Shown here piece after piece: positions 60,208-64,000 of a stretch of DNA of 64,000 nt. The notes under the pieces were generated by a model that worked only from the letters and a program-made list of their open reading frames with translations, was not told where the DNA came from and did not search any database. Numbering within the stretch: the first letter of the stretch is position 1; each line of letters starts with the position of its first letter. The translations under genes and the position numbers were made by a program. Source of the stretch: Heptranchias perlo (Eukaryota); NCBI RefSeq assembly GCF_035084215.1, contig NC_090333.1, positions 28,954,001-29,018,000 of the forward strand, given 5' to 3'.

Positions 60208-61401
60208 GTAAGGCAAGAGGGGGGATGAAAAATTAAAGGAGATAGAATTGGAACTAAGTGGTGCAAATAGGTAGAAATCTGACTTCTCAACTCTGTGACC
60301 TCCGTTTGAATCCGCACTAGACTGATTAGATAAAAGTCTCTTTTCTCTCTTAAGAGGCTAATAGGTACAATGGGCATGAATTTCCATGGGGTTCTCCTGA
60401 TTGTTAATTGTAACTTCAGCAGAAGTGCTGCAGAAACCCCTGAAAAACAGTGTAAATGCTGCTTAAACCGTTTTTCTGGGGTTTCCGTGGCTCTCCTGCC
60501 AAAGTTACAGTGGGCAATCGGGAAACCTCCCAGTGAGTTTAAGGAGGCTCAAGCCATTTCCTATTAGTCTTGAGTCCACAGTACAAAATCGTCTCCAATT
60601 GTGCACTAATTAGCATCTACTGGGGACTCAATCAGAAAGGCTGCAAGTGTGGCTGGAGTGAGAAATGCATGTGTCACGGTGGGGAAATAGATGATATTCT
60701 TTTTGAAATTGCAGGTTACGGTATAGTATTTCTGACATTCTCGAAGAGACTCTGCCTTGCAGCTAACCTGTACTGTAGCTAACCTGGGAGTGAGAAGTAC
60801 AAGATGTTAAGAGGTGGGTGTGGTGTATGCCCTTTTGGTATACCAGCATTCTGATCCCAGGTACGTGGCTCTTCTGTCTGCAGGATGAAGCCCATGTTTC
60901 TGTCACAGGCCAGTTACGTAGGGACTTGGACTGCAGGATGCCTGCCAACCCTATCATCCAGAAAAGGATGCGTGTTTCACAAATGAGGGTGAAAATGTGT
61001 GCGTACCATTTTGGGAGTGTTTCAGGGTGGCGCCATCACAGTTGCCAGGAATTAGATGATTAGACCTGACGCTGGTAATTGTGCGGGCATTGAACCCACT
61101 TTGACGACATGCTAAAGAACATTCAGACTGAAAGCTAGCCAATCAGAAATAACCAGCTGGTTGTCTCATTACACGAACGCAGAATTATTATTTTTTATTA
61201 ATGTGGGCTTGCTTTGTTTTGGTCCCAAGTGGTTTTGAAAGGGTTAAAGCCTGAATCAGGCTCATTTGCCTTCCAATAACCCAACTGCAAAGGAATTCCT
61301 TGCAAGGGCAATCAGTGCTGCCCTTTGACCTGAACTCTGGTGTAGCCAGCTGCAGTAAGTGGATGGTCGTATAATCCTGCCTCTTACATCACTCTTTCAT
61401 T

Positions 61402-61555
61402 CTTAAAGAGGGAGTCTCACCATCAGGTCCCTTTTAAAGAAGAGGGTCTCATCACTGGGACCCCTGTTAAAGAGGAAATCTCACCATTAGGAACCCTTTT
61501 AAAGAAGAGGTTCTTATCACTGGCATTCCCTTCTAAAGAGACAGTCTCACCCCCA
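61402..61555 (+). repeat. Degenerate tandem repeat, about 32-bp unit x5
   Basis: ttaaaga-g-g-gtctca-ca-t-gg--ccc units in alternating A/B variants. Confidence 0.7.
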
Positions 61556-62008
61556 AGATTCTTTTTAAAAAATAAACTATTTAAAAGAATTATCATTAAC
61601 TTTAACATCCTTCTATCTATTTATTTCTGAGTGCTGATAATGTCATTGGAAGAACTATCGTAAAGAGGAGATACAGAACCTGCCAGTATGCAGGAGCTAA
61701 ATTAATATCAGTAAAGATGCAGAGTCTGAAATTCCAGGAGTCCCACTCCACCACCGGCAGTTACGCAGAATAGAAACCCTGGCTGCCTGTGCCCAAAGAC
61801 ATAAAGCCCATCTGAAATTGTGGGAATGGGGTCAATTGTATATTTGGGTCAGGCCACTGGTGCCTGCAAAGGGGCTTCAGCAACACCCGTCCCAATTCAC
61901 CTTGTAAGTTTCTCTTCCTGAGGTCTCACAGCATTCCTGGACTGAAGATAAAGGAGCTTTTTTTAAAAACCTTAAGCTCCACTGGGAGCCTTTTGCCTGC
62001 ATAAGCAA

Positions 62009-63107
62009 GATCCCCTCTGGGATTGAGAAAGGTTATCGATCCCCTCTGGGATTGAGAAAGGTTATCGATCCCCTCTGGGATTGAGAAAGGTTATCGATCC
62101 CCTCTGGGATTGAGAAAGGTTATTGATCCCCTGTGGGATTGAGAAAGATATCGATCCCCTCTGAGATTGAGAAAGGTTATTGATCCCCTCTGGGATTGAG
62201 AAAGGTTATTGATCCCCTCTGGGATTGAGAAAGGTTATGGATCCCCTTTGGGATTGAGAAAGGTTATCGATCCCCTCTGGGATTGAGAAAGGTTATCGAT
62301 CCTCTCTGGGATTGAGAAAGGTTATCGATCCCCTCTGGGATTGAGAAAGATATCGATCCCCTCTGGGATTGAGAAAGGTTATCGATCCCCTCTGGGATTG
62401 AGAAAGATATCGATCCCCTCTGGGATTGAGAAAGGTTATTGATCCCCTCTGGGATTGAGAAAGGTTATTGATCCCCTCTGGGATTGAGAAAGGTTATTGA
62501 TCCCCTGTGGGATTGAGAAAGATATCGATCCCCTCTGAGATTGAGAAAGGTTATTGATCCCCTCTGGGATTGAGAAAGGTTATTGATCCCCTCTGGGATT
62601 GAGAAAGGTTATTGATCCCCTCTGGGATTGAGAAAGGTTATTGATCCCCTCTGGGATTGAGAAAGGTTATCGATCCCCTCTGGGATTGAGAAAGGTTATT
62701 GATCCCCTCTGGGATTGAGAAAGGTTATTGATCCCCTCTGGGATTGAGAAAGGTTATCGATCCCCTGTGGGATTGAGAAAGATATCGATCCCCTCTGAGA
62801 TTGAGAAAGGTTATTGATCCCCTCAGGGATTGAGAAAGGTTATTGATCCCCTCTGGGATTGAGAAAGGTATCGATCCCCTCTGGGATTGAGAAAGGTTAT
62901 CGATCCCCTGTGGGATTGAGAAAGATATCGATCCCCTCTGAGATTGAGAAAGGTTATTGATCCCCTGTGGGATTGAGAAAGGTTATTGATCCCCTGTGGG
63001 ATTGAGAAAGGTTATTGATCCCCTTTGGGATTGAGAAAGGTTATTGATCCCCTCTGGGATTGAGAAAGGTATCGATCCCCTCTGGGATTGAGAAAGGTTA
63101 TTGATCC
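62009..63107 (+). repeat. Minisatellite, about 38 copies of a 28-29 bp unit GATCCCCTCTGGGATTGAGAAAGGTTAT(C/T)
   Basis: Direct head-to-tail repeats with no spacers; intron 7. Confidence 0.98.
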
Positions 63108-64000
63108 AAACTCTGGGACCAATAACCTTAGTCTTAAAGAATTGTGTGATCTTTTCTGGGGCCTCCATGGAACTCTAACCAGCTAAGAGTTAGCAAGAGC
63201 TCCATTGAGAATTACTGAGGACATAATAGGCGGTATTCCTGAGATAGCTTGAAGACTCCTCCAGACATATCCCTTGATGCAGGGGTTGGAGGGTTGGGCG
63301 GAAGATTCTCCCACCAGGATTTCTTGTAGCGGTGCAAATGGGGCCGACTCCAAGCAGAACCGCATTCTACCCCATATCCTGTTCCCCCAACCAGAGATCC
63401 GCCACACTTAACGCCTTGGTCAATGTGGGACTTCAGGGCCAGTCATTAACCCAGACAAGCTCTGGATCTTCAACGGTGGTCATGTTAATTCAGCTACTTC
63501 ACATTGTGGTGTTCAGGAATTCTTCTGAACCAGTCTCCACTTAAATACCATCTGCGTTCTGTATTTTAACAGTTTTATTTAACATCACACAGAAATACAT
63601 TGGAGGATGGAAAGGATGTTAACATAATATCAAAAATAATATTATAACACCTTTTATTTTAAAAAAATATTATAGTGCCAGTGAAACTCTCACTTTAAGA
63701 ACAGCTGTCAGCTTTAAGGTAATGCTGGATATATTTGCCCAAAATATTGCTTTGTTTCCATTAATAATTAATGGAAATGTGTATTTTTAATTGAGTGGGG
63801 GAAGGCAATCGTTGTCTTTAGTTGTGCAGTAGCACAGGATGTCGATTCTGTAAAACACTGTCAATGGTGGTCGTGTACTAGTTTGCAGCTGCTATCACAA
63901 TTATGTGAGTTTCCTCTCTTCCCGAACTAATCAAGTCCTTTCCAGGGTTACCAATTTACACCTTCCAGCAGACTCTTCAAAAAGGCACTGGTAGAAATTG

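Noticed and set aside
62009-63107. CRISPR-like array (29-bp partly palindromic repeats)
   Set aside because: Units are contiguous with no unique spacers, no cas genes, and the context is a vertebrate intron; it is a minisatellite.
60208-64000. PTCH2 exon 8 (expected AEALQ-MF-LM-P motif)
   Set aside because: No matching reading frame with splice sites found; it presumably lies beyond the window.

Overview
Eukaryotic genomic DNA, most likely from a cartilaginous fish (inferred from the shark-type CR1, L2, SINE and Penelope repeats). The window holds the promoter and coding exons 1-7 of a Hedgehog receptor gene, patched 2 (PTCH2), on the + strand. The exons are 4791-4931, 7085-7277, 43999-44188, 46166-46235, 50610-50701, 59146-59341 and 60086-60207; all introns are GT-AG, the frame is continuous, and the gene runs on past the window end. 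Perfect GLI sites lie in the promoter and in the 36.7 kb intron 2. The rest is repeat: a Penelope-like element (RT + GIY-YIG), several CR1 and L2 LINEs, SINEs, TIR-bounded MITEs and a 29-bp minisatellite. Most notable: (i) a 205-bp perfect palindrome in intron 5, flanked by a 12-bp direct repeat, carrying two outward-facing minimal hammerhead ribozyme motifs from a Penelope pseudo-LTR; (ii) a rearrangement in intron 4 with a 100%-identical 225-bp inverted repeat beside a 184-bp direct repeat that has 6 mismatches; (iii) stacked uORFs in the likely PTCH2 5'UTR. No prokaryotic system or CRISPR array is present. Family assignments come from remembered motifs, not database searches.
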